Positions 19,643-29,154 of a stretch of 64,000 bases of DNA are shown one piece after another. The notes under the pieces were generated by a model, which was given only the letters and a program-made list of their open reading frames with translations, was not told the origin of the DNA and did not search any database. The position numbers and the translations under genes are program-made. The DNA lies in NCBI GenBank assembly GCA_029262005.1, contig JAJDAG010000038.1, forward strand, positions 180 through 64,179. The letters run 5' to 3'. The DNA comes from Candidatus Zhuqueibacterota bacterium (lineage in GTDB: Bacteria > Zhuqueibacterota > Zhuqueibacteria > Oceanimicrobiales > Oceanimicrobiaceae). Each line of letters begins with the position of its first letter. The first letter of the stretch is position 1.

Positions 19643-21457
19643 ATGAAATTTCCCTCAGTTAGACTTTTGCTCCAAAATGCCGGGCAGACATTTGTTCGTT
19701 TTCCTTTTTCACTATTGAGCGCAGCGCTTGGCACAATCGTGTGTGTGGTTCTTCTGCAAGACAATGACTTTCGCCACGAACACATACTAGTAAAACTCTT
19801 GATGATCGCTGCACTTGGGCTGCCTGTTTTTACTGTTTTTAGCGTGTTTGCTGAAAAGACTGGCCGTTCAAAGTCTATGTGGTTTGCTATGCACGGAGTG
19901 GTTGTTCTTGTATTCGTAGCCTATTTTTTTTCTCTGCCGGAGTCGATTGAAAAAGCGCCAAGGCTCCATCTTATCCGCTTCATACTATTGATTGTCGGCT
20001 CGCATTTTTTAGTGGCGTTTTTGCCATACTTGGATAAAGGTGAGGTAAATGGCTTCTGGCATTTCAACAAAACGCTTTTCCTCCGTTTTTTGACATCGGT
20101 GTTCTATTCCGGGGTACTTTTCGTTGGACTGGTCATTGCGCTGCAGGCAATAGAACATTTATTTGGCCTGAAGGTTGCGGAGAAACGTTATGGCCAACTT
20201 TGGGTTGTGATGGCGGGCTTGTTCAACACGTGGTTTTTTCTGGCCGGTGTGCCGAAGGATTTTTCGCGTTTGAATTCTGCTAAAGGGTACCCAATCGGGC
20301 TTAAAGTATTTACACAATATATCCTCTTGCCTCTGGTGGTGCTTTATCTTGCAATTTTATATACTTACGAAGCAAAGATTGCTTTAAGTTGGAACTGGCC
20401 TAAAGGCTGGGTTGCGCAGTTGGTACTTTGGTTTTCTGTGACTGGCATTTTTTCTCTGCTGTTGGTTCATCCGGTGAAAGACAGCAAGGAAAACCGCTGG
20501 GTCCGCACGTTTTCAACATGGTTTTTTCGCGTCCTCATCCCGTTGATTGCTATGTTGCTATTGGCTATTTTCCGTCGGATTTCCGACTACGGCATTACAG
20601 AAAATCGCTATTTTGTTTTGGTGCAGGCAATTGCTCTGACAGTGGTGGTGCTCTATTTTGTTTTCAGTAAATCCCGGGATATTCGAATCATTCCGATTAT
20701 TCTTTGCTTTCTGGCTTATTTTTCGACCTTCGGTCCCTGGGGCGCTTTTGCAGTGTCAAAAGCCAGCCAGAAAGACAGGCTGCAAACGATACTGACTGAG
20801 CACAACATTCTCGTGAATGGTAGAGTGCAAAAAGCGCCGGCCGAGGTTCCTTTTGCGGACAGTCGAAATATCAGCAACATCGTGACTTATCTTGTCGATG
20901 CACATGGCATTGAGTCGATTCAGCCCTGGTTTGTTAATGATTTACAGGTTGCGAAAGAAGAAACGACTGCTTATGACCTGAGGCAGCAGAGGCTCAGTGA
21001 CATCGTTGCATTGATGGGGCTTTCCTATGTTGATCACTTTCAGACAAGTCCAGATAGTTCGTTTCATTTTAATGCTGAAGCAAACGAGCCTTTGGTGATT
21101 TCTGGGTATGACTATTTGGTTCAGAATGTTTACCTTGGGAAAGAGGGGCAGACACCCACTTTTAAAATTGGCAGGAAGGTGCTTGTCGTTTCCCTCGATC
21201 TGAAAACTGCATCACTACAACTTGATATTCAGGGCTCTATTGCGGGAAGCACAGAGATTCCGCTTGAAGATGTGATGGTTGATCTGATTTCCCGCTATGA
21301 GCGGGGCGTTGTTCCGTCGCAAAATTTGACATTCAGCCGGGTTGTCTCCGGGCATGAAGTTAAAGTTTTAATCACCAATCTTTCCGGCCTGATAAAAGCG
21401 GATGGCGTTCATTTGAACGATCTGAAATGCCGCTTGCTAGTTAAGAATCGCAATTGA
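19643..21457 (+). CDS. DUF4153-family polytopic membrane protein
   Basis: About 11 TM segments; 'YILLPLVVLYLAILYTY', 'RRISDYGITENRY', 'GPWGAFAVSKASQ'; RBS AAGGAGG upstream. Confidence 0.85.
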   Translation: MKFPSVRLLLQNAGQTFVRFPFSLLSAALGTIVCVVLLQDNDFRHEHILVKLLMIAALGLPVFTVFSVFAEKTGRSKSMWFAMHGVVVLVFVAYFFSLPESIEKAPRLHLIRFILLIVGSHFLVAFLPYLDKGEVNGFWHFNKTLFLRFLTSVFYSGVLFVGLVIALQAIEHLFGLKVAEKRYGQLWVVMAGLFNTWFFLAGVPKDFSRLNSAKGYPIGLKVFTQYILLPLVVLYLAILYTYEAKIALSWNWPKGWVAQLVLWFSVTGIFSLLLVHPVKDSKENRWVRTFSTWFFRVLIPLIAMLLLAIFRRISDYGITENRYFVLVQAIALTVVVLYFVFSKSRDIRIIPIILCFLAYFSTFGPWGAFAVSKASQKDRLQTILTEHNILVNGRVQKAPAEVPFADSRNISNIVTYLVDAHGIESIQPWFVNDLQVAKEETTAYDLRQQRLSDIVALMGLSYVDHFQTSPDSSFHFNAEANEPLVISGYDYLVQNVYLGKEGQTPTFKIGRKVLVVSLDLKTASLQLDIQGSIAGSTEIPLEDVMVDLISRYERGVVPSQNLTFSRVVSGHEVKVLITNLSGLIKADGVHLNDLKCRLLVKNRN

Positions 21458-21652
21458 TTTTCTGAAATATACATGGAAGTACATGGTTCAGATGTGTTTT
21501 ATTGAAAATAAATACGTATTGTTGCAACGACCAATTCAAAGGTTTGATCTCGCGGATAACCGCTTTGTTTTTTATTTCTTATGGGTGAAGCCGGAGTTTG
21601 AACCAACCAACCCTTTTTTTGAAATTTTGTAGAGTATTCTTCCAATCAAAAT

Positions 21653-23239
21653 ATGAACAATATATTTTTCTCTTTCAGTGTTTTAGTCTCACTTGTATTT
21701 TGTCAGTCGAATATAATTTTTGCCCAAAGCGCCAATGTGCCGATCGAACACTGGGTTTACCGGTTTGTCGATCGATTGGAGACGAAAGGTCTGTTCATGC
21801 GTGCGGAGTTTCACACGCGCCCATTTCCGCGTTTGGCTGTAGCTAAAATGCTGCAACAGGCGGCCAAAGTCGAGCAGGCTGGGCAGTTGACCTTTGAAGA
21901 AGTCGGGTTGTTGCGGCAACTCGAAGGGGAATTTCACGATGAGCTTGCTGAGCTGGACCCCGGCTTTCAGCTAGAAAAAGTTGAGCCGGAGCGACATTTG
22001 TATGCCTTGCGGACCGATGATTTGCGTTTCCTTTTCGATGGGTTCATCGATCAGCGTTTTCGTTTTAATTCAAAGAAACGCATCGAGCGGGGTGTTTCGA
22101 AATCAAGTACATCCTGGGGCGTACAGGCCCGGGTTAAACTGCATAATAGCATGGTGATCGATGTTGAGGGCCGCGGCTTTATTCTAAGTGACATCGACAG
22201 TCTGAGCAACACCGCTTTTGATCCGTCCGCGGGTCTGCCGGTCACTGAAAAAGCACTGGTGGATATTACGGTCACCGACAACGTGCGTTCCGTTCTCAAA
22301 TTTAATTTACCCTGGTTTGACCTGGAGTTGGGGCGTGACTTGCTTGAATGGGGCCCGGGATTTCGTGGCAATCTACTGGTGTCACGCAATTCAAACTATT
22401 ATGATCTTATCAAAACAACATTCCGTTACAAAAAAATCAGGCTTATTTACGCCCACACTTTCCTGAATTCTAACAGATCAAAATATCTGGTGGCTCACCG
22501 GCTGGAATTTCAACCGGTTGAGAATTTGTTGATTTCGGTTTCTGAGTCCGTTGTTTACGGCGGGCGCGATGTTGAGCCACTCTATTTGAACCCGTTTGTT
22601 CCAATGATAATATCAGAGCGGCATCTCGGCAATCAGGACAATAATCTGATGGCCTTTGATGGCTCTTATTATTTGCGTAATTTGCGAATGAAACTTTACG
22701 GCGAAATCTTGTTTGATGATTTCAGTTTTGCCAAGGATATTTTTCGAAGCTGGGGCAACAAATGGGGAATACTATTGGGAGGCTACTGGGTCGATCCGTT
22801 TGGTATACAAAACACGGATTTTCGTGTTGAAGCTGTTCGATTGCAACCATTTGTCTATTCGCATCGGAAGTTGCAGAACACTTACTCGAATTACAATAAC
22901 GCGATTGGGCACTGGCTTGGACCTGATGCCGATGATTTATATTTTGGTTTGGAGCATCGTCTGCACAAAAATTTAAAAGTCGGGATTTCCTGGGAGCAGC
23001 GTAGACGCGCACAAAATGACTTTACCAAAGGCGCTCGTCCCGTAGATGGCCGGATAAAATTTCTCGACGGTGTTGTTGAGAAAAATCGTTTCTATGGTGT
23101 TATACTAGAGTGGCAGGTGTTACGTGATTTGTTTGTGAATGCAAATTATAATTTTATTCAGACACAAAATCTGCATCGCAAGGAAGGAAATTCACAAAAA
23201 AGTCACCGCCTGCTTTTGAACATAGGGTTGAACTACTAG
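21653..23239 (+). CDS. Capsule-assembly Wzi-family outer-membrane beta-barrel protein
   Basis: Signal peptide; 'VPIEHWVYRFVDRLET', 'GRDLLEWGPG', 'AHRLEF', 'YLNP', 'YGEILFDDF', 'IGHWLGPDAD'; C-terminal Tyr. Confidence 0.8.
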   Translation: MNNIFFSFSVLVSLVFCQSNIIFAQSANVPIEHWVYRFVDRLETKGLFMRAEFHTRPFPRLAVAKMLQQAAKVEQAGQLTFEEVGLLRQLEGEFHDELAELDPGFQLEKVEPERHLYALRTDDLRFLFDGFIDQRFRFNSKKRIERGVSKSSTSWGVQARVKLHNSMVIDVEGRGFILSDIDSLSNTAFDPSAGLPVTEKALVDITVTDNVRSVLKFNLPWFDLELGRDLLEWGPGFRGNLLVSRNSNYYDLIKTTFRYKKIRLIYAHTFLNSNRSKYLVAHRLEFQPVENLLISVSESVVYGGRDVEPLYLNPFVPMIISERHLGNQDNNLMAFDGSYYLRNLRMKLYGEILFDDFSFAKDIFRSWGNKWGILLGGYWVDPFGIQNTDFRVEAVRLQPFVYSHRKLQNTYSNYNNAIGHWLGPDADDLYFGLEHRLHKNLKVGISWEQRRRAQNDFTKGARPVDGRIKFLDGVVEKNRFYGVILEWQVLRDLFVNANYNFIQTQNLHRKEGNSQKSHRLLLNIGLNY

Positions 23240-23252
23240 CAGCCTGGTTTCC

Positions 23253-23516
23253 TTACTTCATAAATTGCCGATATTTTTTTCTGATATGTTCCGGGTAGAC
23301 GCCTTCTCCGCTTAACCGCTGGATAGAAATGATGCGGTCTTCTTCAAGGTTGATATGGATTTTGTATTGCTGGTTTTCCACATTTTCGACCAAAATGGCC
23401 TGGCGATTGGGTGTGAAGAATTCTATTTTCAGTTTGTCCGGGTCCAGACCAAATTTTTTGGCCATTTCAATAAGGTGTTTTTTGAACTTCTTGTAGTGCG
23501 TCAACTCAAATTCCAT
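23253..23516 (-). CDS. Hypothetical protein (87 aa)
   Basis: Fills an intergenic gap, has a purine-rich RBS and a natural charged composition. Confidence 0.65.
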   Translation of the reverse strand: MEFELTHYKKFKKHLIEMAKKFGLDPDKLKIEFFTPNRQAILVENVENQQYKIHINLEEDRIISIQRLSGEGVYPEHIRKKYRQFMK

Positions 23517-23750
23517 CAGACATTTCCTTCCGGTAAGGATTAGGCGAGTCCGTCATGGCTCTCTGTATTGACTGTATCCACTTTGTTGGACGATTGCAGA
23601 ATATTAAATTGAATGTACAGGGAAGCAGTGCAAGAAGCAAAATAACAAGAAAAAGGCATGTGAAATAATACGGTTTTGTAGCAAAAAAGTCAACACTAAA
23701 ATCGCTATTTTTGTCGAAAACAGCAAGATAGTAGCGTTATGTGCTGTTTA

Positions 23751-24380
23751 TTAAAGTTTTCCCAGATTTTCCTCGAACCGGCGAATTGTCTCTTCAATAT
23801 TTTCAGCCTTTAGTATTGCACTTATGGCGGCAACACCGTAAGCGCCGTGCTCTAAACACTGTTTGGCACCTTTCGGTCCAATACCGCCGACGGCAAAAAC
23901 CGGGAGGGCGGTTGACTTTGTTACGGTCTCAAGCTTGGCCAGACCTTGCGGCCGGCCATAGTTTATTTTTGCAGGTGTTGAAAAAACAGGGCCGAACAAA
24001 ATAAAGTCGCACTGCTGTAAGGTTGCTTGTTCAACCTCAGCAAGCGAATGGGTGGAAACGCCAATTAAACTCTGTTTTTTTAGAACAGTCCTGGTTGCAG
24101 ATATAGGCAGGCTTGTTGCAGTTAGCTGCACGCCACACGCTGAAATGGCTCTGGCAATATCTACTCTGTCATTGACGAAAAGACGGACTTTTTCGGGAGG
24201 GCACAATGAACGCAATTCCTTGGCAAAGTTATAAAGTTGCCTGCTGGCCAGATCTTTTTCTCTTAGTTGAATTGCCTTGACGCCGGCGCTTTGGGCCTGT
24301 TTCAGAACATCGACCAATTGACGCTTGTTGCACAAATGCCGATCTGTAATCAGGTATAATTTGAAATCAACTTTGCACAT
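23751..24380 (-). CDS. thiE: Thiamine-phosphate synthase (ThiE/TenI family)
   Basis: 'LYLITDR', 'IQLREKD', 'FVNDRVDIA', 'IGVSTHS', 'GPVFSTPAK', 'AVGGI'. Confidence 0.88.
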   Translation of the reverse strand: MCKVDFKLYLITDRHLCNKRQLVDVLKQAQSAGVKAIQLREKDLASRQLYNFAKELRSLCPPEKVRLFVNDRVDIARAISACGVQLTATSLPISATRTVLKKQSLIGVSTHSLAEVEQATLQQCDFILFGPVFSTPAKINYGRPQGLAKLETVTKSTALPVFAVGGIGPKGAKQCLEHGAYGVAAISAILKAENIEETIRRFEENLGKL

Positions 24381-24463
24381 ATTCGTACTTGAGAGTGAAC
24401 AGGCTCAATTTTCATCCATTGCTTTGCCGAACCGGTCGATTGTTATCACGGAATCACCGGGAC

Positions 24464-25288
24464 CTATTTATCGCCTAAACGAACAACGCCTTCCAGCGGG
24501 CTTGAGGCTGTAGCGTAAAGCTTTTTTTCTATGCGCCCTGCCTGGTATGCAAGCCTGCCGGCCTCAACGGCTTTGCGCATGGCTTCTGCCATTTTTACCG
24601 GGTCTTTTGCACCGGCAATAGCAGTGTTCAGGAGCACTGCATCGCAGCCTAATTCCATAGCAATTGCTGCATCGGAGGCTGTGCCGACACCAGCATCAAC
24701 AATAACCGGGATGCTGATTTGCTCCAATATTATCCTGAGATTATACGGATTGCGAATGCCGAGGCCAGACCCGATTGGAGCGCCTAACGGCATAACCGCA
24801 GCGCAGCCAATGTCCTGAAGCTTCTTGCAGAGCACAACGTCGTCGCTGGTGTATGGTAAAACGATAAAGTCTTGTTTTGTCAGTTCGCGGGCAGCTTCTA
24901 ACAAAGCTTCGTTATCTGGGAAAAGCGTTTTTTCATCCCCAAGCACTTCCAGTTTTACCAGATTGGTGTTCAGCGCTTCACGGGCAAGCTCGCAAGTGAG
25001 AATGGCATCCCTGGCATTATAACATCCTGCTGTGTTGGGAAGCAGTTCAATCTTGCTCTTATCAATGTGGTCGAGGAGTGATTCCCCTGACTTGTCATTA
25101 AGGTCAATCCGGCGAATGGCCACCGTTACCATTTGCGTGCCACTTACTTCATGGGCGCGTTTCATTGTTTGATTGTCCGGATATTTCCCCGTTCCAAGAA
25201 TGAGGCGGGAGGTGTAGGTCTTGTTACCTATTTTCACGGATGAGTCCATTGGTATAGCTGCTCCTGGCGCGATAGATTTGTTCATCAC
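24464..25288 (-). CDS. thiG: Thiazole synthase
   Basis: '[10 protein letters not shown]', 'LPNTAGC', 'KLEVLGD', '[11 protein letters not shown]', '[11 protein letters not shown]'; true start may be ~25249. Confidence 0.97.
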   Translation of the reverse strand: MMNKSIAPGAAIPMDSSVKIGNKTYTSRLILGTGKYPDNQTMKRAHEVSGTQMVTVAIRRIDLNDKSGESLLDHIDKSKIELLPNTAGCYNARDAILTCELAREALNTNLVKLEVLGDEKTLFPDNEALLEAARELTKQDFIVLPYTSDDVVLCKKLQDIGCAAVMPLGAPIGSGLGIRNPYNLRIILEQISIPVIVDAGVGTASDAAIAMELGCDAVLLNTAIAGAKDPVKMAEAMRKAVEAGRLAYQAGRIEKKLYATASSPLEGVVRLGDK

Positions 25289-25467
25289 AAATCAGGTTAA
25301 TAATTTAATTTGAATTATTTTCGAACCCCACATGATGTGCACGACTAGAGATTGTTTTCTTGTTTTTTTTTGAGAAGCGGCAAAGGTTTGAGGGGGAAAT
25401 CATATTGGTCGAGCTGCAACTGACTGTAAGTAATTATTCGGCTGTGTTGTCTGAAAGATAGTCGTTT

Positions 25468-25674
25468 CTAACCCCCGGCGGTTGCGTGGATGACCTCTAT
25501 CTTGTCCCCATCTTCCAGGTATGTGCTAGCAAATGTCTGCCTGGAAAGCACAGAATGATTGAGCGCAACCGCAATGCCATTGTCTCTGCGAATGCTTAGA
25601 TCTGTGAGCACTTTTTCCACGTTGGGCTTGGCGTCGTATTCGTGAATTTTGCCGTTGATGGTGATGCTAATCAT
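25468..25674 (-). CDS. thiS: Sulfur carrier protein ThiS
   Basis: 68 aa, 'MISITING...IAVALN...DGDKIEVIHATAGG' with C-terminal GG. Confidence 0.93.
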   Translation of the reverse strand: MISITINGKIHEYDAKPNVEKVLTDLSIRRDNGIAVALNHSVLSRQTFASTYLEDGDKIEVIHATAGG

Positions 25675-25794
25675 GCGCTGTTTCCGTAAAATCCTTATGA
25701 ATATAAAGAGAAATCGTTCCCGATGCAAGAGTTTATTGCTGCAACAAAAACTTGTTTCTGCGACGAGAATATCGGCTATTCCTAATCATAGATC

Positions 25795-25810
25795 AGCAAT
25801 ATGCTTGCCG
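25795..25810 (-). promoter_or_regulatory. Candidate sigma54 (-24/-12) promoter upstream of thiS-thiG-thiE
   Basis: Minus strand CGGCAAGCATATTGCT versus consensus TGGCACG-N4-TTGCW, with exact GG-N10-GC spacing. Confidence 0.5.
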
Positions 25811-26048
25811 TTCATTGGCTAGCTGTATGAGGGTAGACAACGTTGATTAAATCTGCTCAATGTCAAAAAAGTTACCCATTTGGATATTTTGCAAGTAATA
25901 TCCTTATTACTAGCCTGCATTATTCAGGTAAATGTCTTTTTATGAACGTTGGTTTAGTGGTTTTAGAAAATGAGCTGTTTATTTAGTGCTATGAGTTCGG
26001 GAAAGTTCTTGTTGGGGTGGGACTGGACTAATTTTGATTATGGCCATG

Positions 26049-26079
26049 AAAAAGCTCGCCAAATCATAACGAGCTTTTT
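26049..26079. other. Perfect inverted repeat (10-bp arms) in the divergent thiS/kinase intergenic region
   Basis: AAAAAGCTCG-N11-CGAGCTTTTT. Confidence 0.55.
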
Positions 26080-26295
26080 CTTATTGGAGGTGATGGGTTC
26101 CCGGATAACCCCAAGCTTGTGGGCTGAAATGACAAAGACGAGCGTTTTTGGTCAATTAACAATTAATTTATCGAACGGGTGGATTACACAGAAGCAGGCA
26201 GCTTTTGTTTAGGTTTCAACAATTATTTAAAAAAGTTTAAACTCACTATAAAACTGTTATACAAAAGAGGCCCTTGCGGTCAGCCTGAATAGTCG

Positions 26296-29007
26296 ATGCA
26301 ATTAGAAGATTTTCAAATTGGCAGTCTCGTTTTTCAAGACGTCTTGGGGAAAACCCATAACGCCCGCCGCCGAAATACGGGTGAATCTGTTCATTTAAAG
26401 ATCCTCCATCCAACACACAACAAAATTCCACATTTTTCCGAAACGTTCAAAGGCAACCTGGCAACTGCAACACTGGAGAATCATCATGTTGCGCGAGTGC
26501 TTGCCTATGAGGAGGGTGGATATTCGAATTTTGTCGTTTCTGAGGTAGCCGATTTGGTCCCACTGGAAGTTCTGCTTTCTGAGGGTATTTCACTATCTAT
26601 AATAGAATACACCGCATTTATTCACAAAGTCGCCTCTGCGATTCGTTCCGTTCATATTGACGGGAAAGTGCATGGGGCTTTGTCGCCTCAAACGATTTTC
26701 ACCGACCGAAAGCTTGGACAGGTGCAGATCGGCAGTTGGGGTTTCGAGGATGTGTTCCGCCTGCTTCTTGCGCACCAAGCTGAAGAGTTGCGGCCGGTGC
26801 TGCCGTATCTTTCGCCGGAAATGACCACCCATAGTGTCAGGCTGCAACGACAAAGTGATATTTATTCTATGGGTGTGCTTTATTATCGCCTACTTGTTGG
26901 CAATACGCCATGGCAGGGAACGGATTTAGGTAAGTTTTATCACAGTGGGGAGAGGCTTCCAGTCATTCCACCGAGCTTACAGAGACTTGAAATTCCTGAA
27001 TTGCTCGATACGGTGATCCAGAATGCACTTGAATTGGATGTGGCTTGCCGTTGTCCCAATATGAGCATGTTTATTAAAAGCCTTAGTGAGGCCAGGACTG
27101 ATTTGCTTGCTTCTTTTACGCCAACGTCGTCTTTCCTTTTTGAGGCTGAGCCCGTTGGCGGTAAATATGAGGAAATCATCGACACGGTGGAGAAAAATGG
27201 CGAGGCGAAGCCGGCGGTGAGTTCAAATCGAGTTGAACCACACTTGACTGATGATATTGTTGATGCCCCTGCTCAAGTTAGCGCTGCAGAGTTGCCTCCG
27301 TCTTCTCATGATGAATTCGAGAAGAAGACGGGTGGCAACGCGACTAACAATGGCCACTCATCTGAACAGGGTAGTGACTATAAGCAGCAGTTATTAGCGC
27401 ACGAGGGGGATTTTTTCGCTGATTTGTCCAACCCGCCTTCGTCTGAGCCGGAGCCACCAGCAGCCGAAGTGACGAAGGGGCCGGATGCAAAGACTGCCGG
27501 GAATGGTCAAGCGGCTTCCGGTACGATTACATTGGAGTCACTGGACTTAATGGTGGATCAATCCCCGCTGCCTGGGCCGCAAAAAACTGAACTAAAGCAG
27601 TTAGAAGTCAAGCAAGAAGGTGATGCTGCGGAGATCTCTGCAAATCGTCCGTTTACAAACTTGCAGGCAGAAGAATTTGATGATGGTGGCGCTGTGAAAG
27701 CTCCGATTGCATCTAGCGCGCAGTATGGCAACAGACCAGTGCAACGCTCGACCCCTATTCCCATTAGACAGCCGGTGCCTGGAAACATAAACCGGCCGGA
27801 TCAAAATATTGCACCACAAGCGCCGCCGCAGACTTACCATGACAACGATGTCTCTTTTTTAGATGAGGAGGATTTTGACGAGCGCACGGCGACACAAACC
27901 CAGGATTTCGCGACAACGAACACGGTTGATTTAAAGCGTGTCCATTCGGGCTGGTCCGTTAATGGGCTGTTTAAGACCGCTGCCTTAACGGTTTTGCCGT
28001 TAACTTTTCTGTTATTGATTGTCATCTATGCATTTAATCTAAAGCTTGAGGTCCCCGGGGGTGCTTTCTGGCAGAGTTGGGTAAGCAGCCAACCGGTTGA
28101 GTCTATTGCACGTCGTGCTGAGTCGCCTCTGCAGAAAAAGTCGGCTGCTGTCAAACGGCGCTCACCAAACGTCGCGAAAGGTACAACGCAATCCGCCACC
28201 AGGCAGCGTTCAGGCTCAAAGCCCGTGAATTCGCAGAACAAGGCCATACTCAAAAAGGGTCAGTCACAGCCTGTACGCCAGGTTGTACAGAAGAGGCAAA
28301 GGAACCTCGCCAATGGCCGGGCCATTCAGAAAAATCAAATTTTGCCTTCAGCCCAGGCGGTCAACGCAACAGTATTGGATATCAATGTAGTGATAGCGTC
28401 TGGCGATGTTGCCCAGATCGCTGATGTCTATTTGGATGGCCGTTTGCTTGGTTCAACGAACGGAAGGGGTAGAATTGACATCTTGAATCTGAAACCCAAT
28501 CGCGGGTATTTGTTGAAGGTGAAAAAGGCGGGGTTTAAGATGTGGGCGCGCGAAGTCTCTTTTCCGGCAGGAGGCCGCAGATCATTGTCGGTGCAGCTTG
28601 AACCTGTAACGCAGGTTCAGAAGTCTGTGCCGGCGAAAGTGGTGACCGCAGATAGAAATAATGTTCTTGAAAAGAATATCGGACCGCAAAAAATGAAGCC
28701 GTTGTCAAAGCAAGCGAGCCGCAAAACCACCAGTAAAACTGTGGGTGATCGGAATTCTCAAGCGGCTTATGGCATTGTTGATATTGTTCTGGACAATGTT
28801 GAAAGATTAAATGATGTTTATATTTATGTTAATGGCGCTTTGTGGAACGGGCAAAATTACACTGCCCCGGCCCAAGTTCAGCTTCCAGCAGGCACATACA
28901 TGATTGAGATCCGAAAAGAAGGTTATTTTTCTGCACCGGCTTCGCGTTCTGTTAACATTCTTAACGGTGAAACAGAGACATTGCATTTTATTTTAACAGC
29001 TCAATAG
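26296..29007 (+). CDS. Membrane-anchored Hanks-type pseudokinase with low-complexity linker and C-terminal PEGA domains
   Basis: Kinase subdomains 'YLSPE' and 'SDIYSMG' kept, but HRD>HGA and DFG>SWG; one TM helix; PEGA-like 'VYLDGRLLG', 'LPAGTYMIEIRKEGY'. Confidence 0.8.
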   Translation: MQLEDFQIGSLVFQDVLGKTHNARRRNTGESVHLKILHPTHNKIPHFSETFKGNLATATLENHHVARVLAYEEGGYSNFVVSEVADLVPLEVLLSEGISLSIIEYTAFIHKVASAIRSVHIDGKVHGALSPQTIFTDRKLGQVQIGSWGFEDVFRLLLAHQAEELRPVLPYLSPEMTTHSVRLQRQSDIYSMGVLYYRLLVGNTPWQGTDLGKFYHSGERLPVIPPSLQRLEIPELLDTVIQNALELDVACRCPNMSMFIKSLSEARTDLLASFTPTSSFLFEAEPVGGKYEEIIDTVEKNGEAKPAVSSNRVEPHLTDDIVDAPAQVSAAELPPSSHDEFEKKTGGNATNNGHSSEQGSDYKQQLLAHEGDFFADLSNPPSSEPEPPAAEVTKGPDAKTAGNGQAASGTITLESLDLMVDQSPLPGPQKTELKQLEVKQEGDAAEISANRPFTNLQAEEFDDGGAVKAPIASSAQYGNRPVQRSTPIPIRQPVPGNINRPDQNIAPQAPPQTYHDNDVSFLDEEDFDERTATQTQDFATTNTVDLKRVHSGWSVNGLFKTAALTVLPLTFLLLIVIYAFNLKLEVPGGAFWQSWVSSQPVESIARRAESPLQKKSAAVKRRSPNVAKGTTQSATRQRSGSKPVNSQNKAILKKGQSQPVRQVVQKRQRNLANGRAIQKNQILPSAQAVNATVLDINVVIASGDVAQIADVYLDGRLLGSTNGRGRIDILNLKPNRGYLLKVKKAGFKMWAREVSFPAGGRRSLSVQLEPVTQVQKSVPAKVVTADRNNVLEKNIGPQKMKPLSKQASRKTTSKTVGDRNSQAAYGIVDIVLDNVERLNDVYIYVNGALWNGQNYTAPAQVQLPAGTYMIEIRKEGYFSAPASRSVNILNGETETLHFILTAQ

Positions 29008-29029
29008 AAATGGCACCGTCGGAATCCAC

Positions 29030-29058
29030 TTGACATAGTAGATTTATATATCTATATT
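29030..29058 (+). promoter_or_regulatory. sigma70 promoter upstream of proS
   Basis: TTGACA-N17-TATATT. Confidence 0.7.
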
Positions 29059-29095
29059 AGTCCCGATTTGGTTAATTTACACTGCTTTAACATTG

Positions 29096-29126
29096 GACCC
29101 CTATCTGGAGGAGGATAGGGGTTTTT
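29096..29126 (+). terminator. Intrinsic terminator-like hairpin upstream of proS
   Basis: ACCCCTATC/GATAGGGGT stem, GGAGGA loop, T-tract. Confidence 0.65.
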
Positions 29127-29154
29127 GTTATTCCACACAGAGGAAATTGAATAG

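Noticed and set aside
25680-26290. TPP riboswitch expected upstream of thiS
   Set aside because: No CTGAGA-containing aptamer core was found on the minus strand by eye.
29059-29154. T-box leader for proS
   Set aside because: Far too short and lacks the GGTGGNACCGCG motif.
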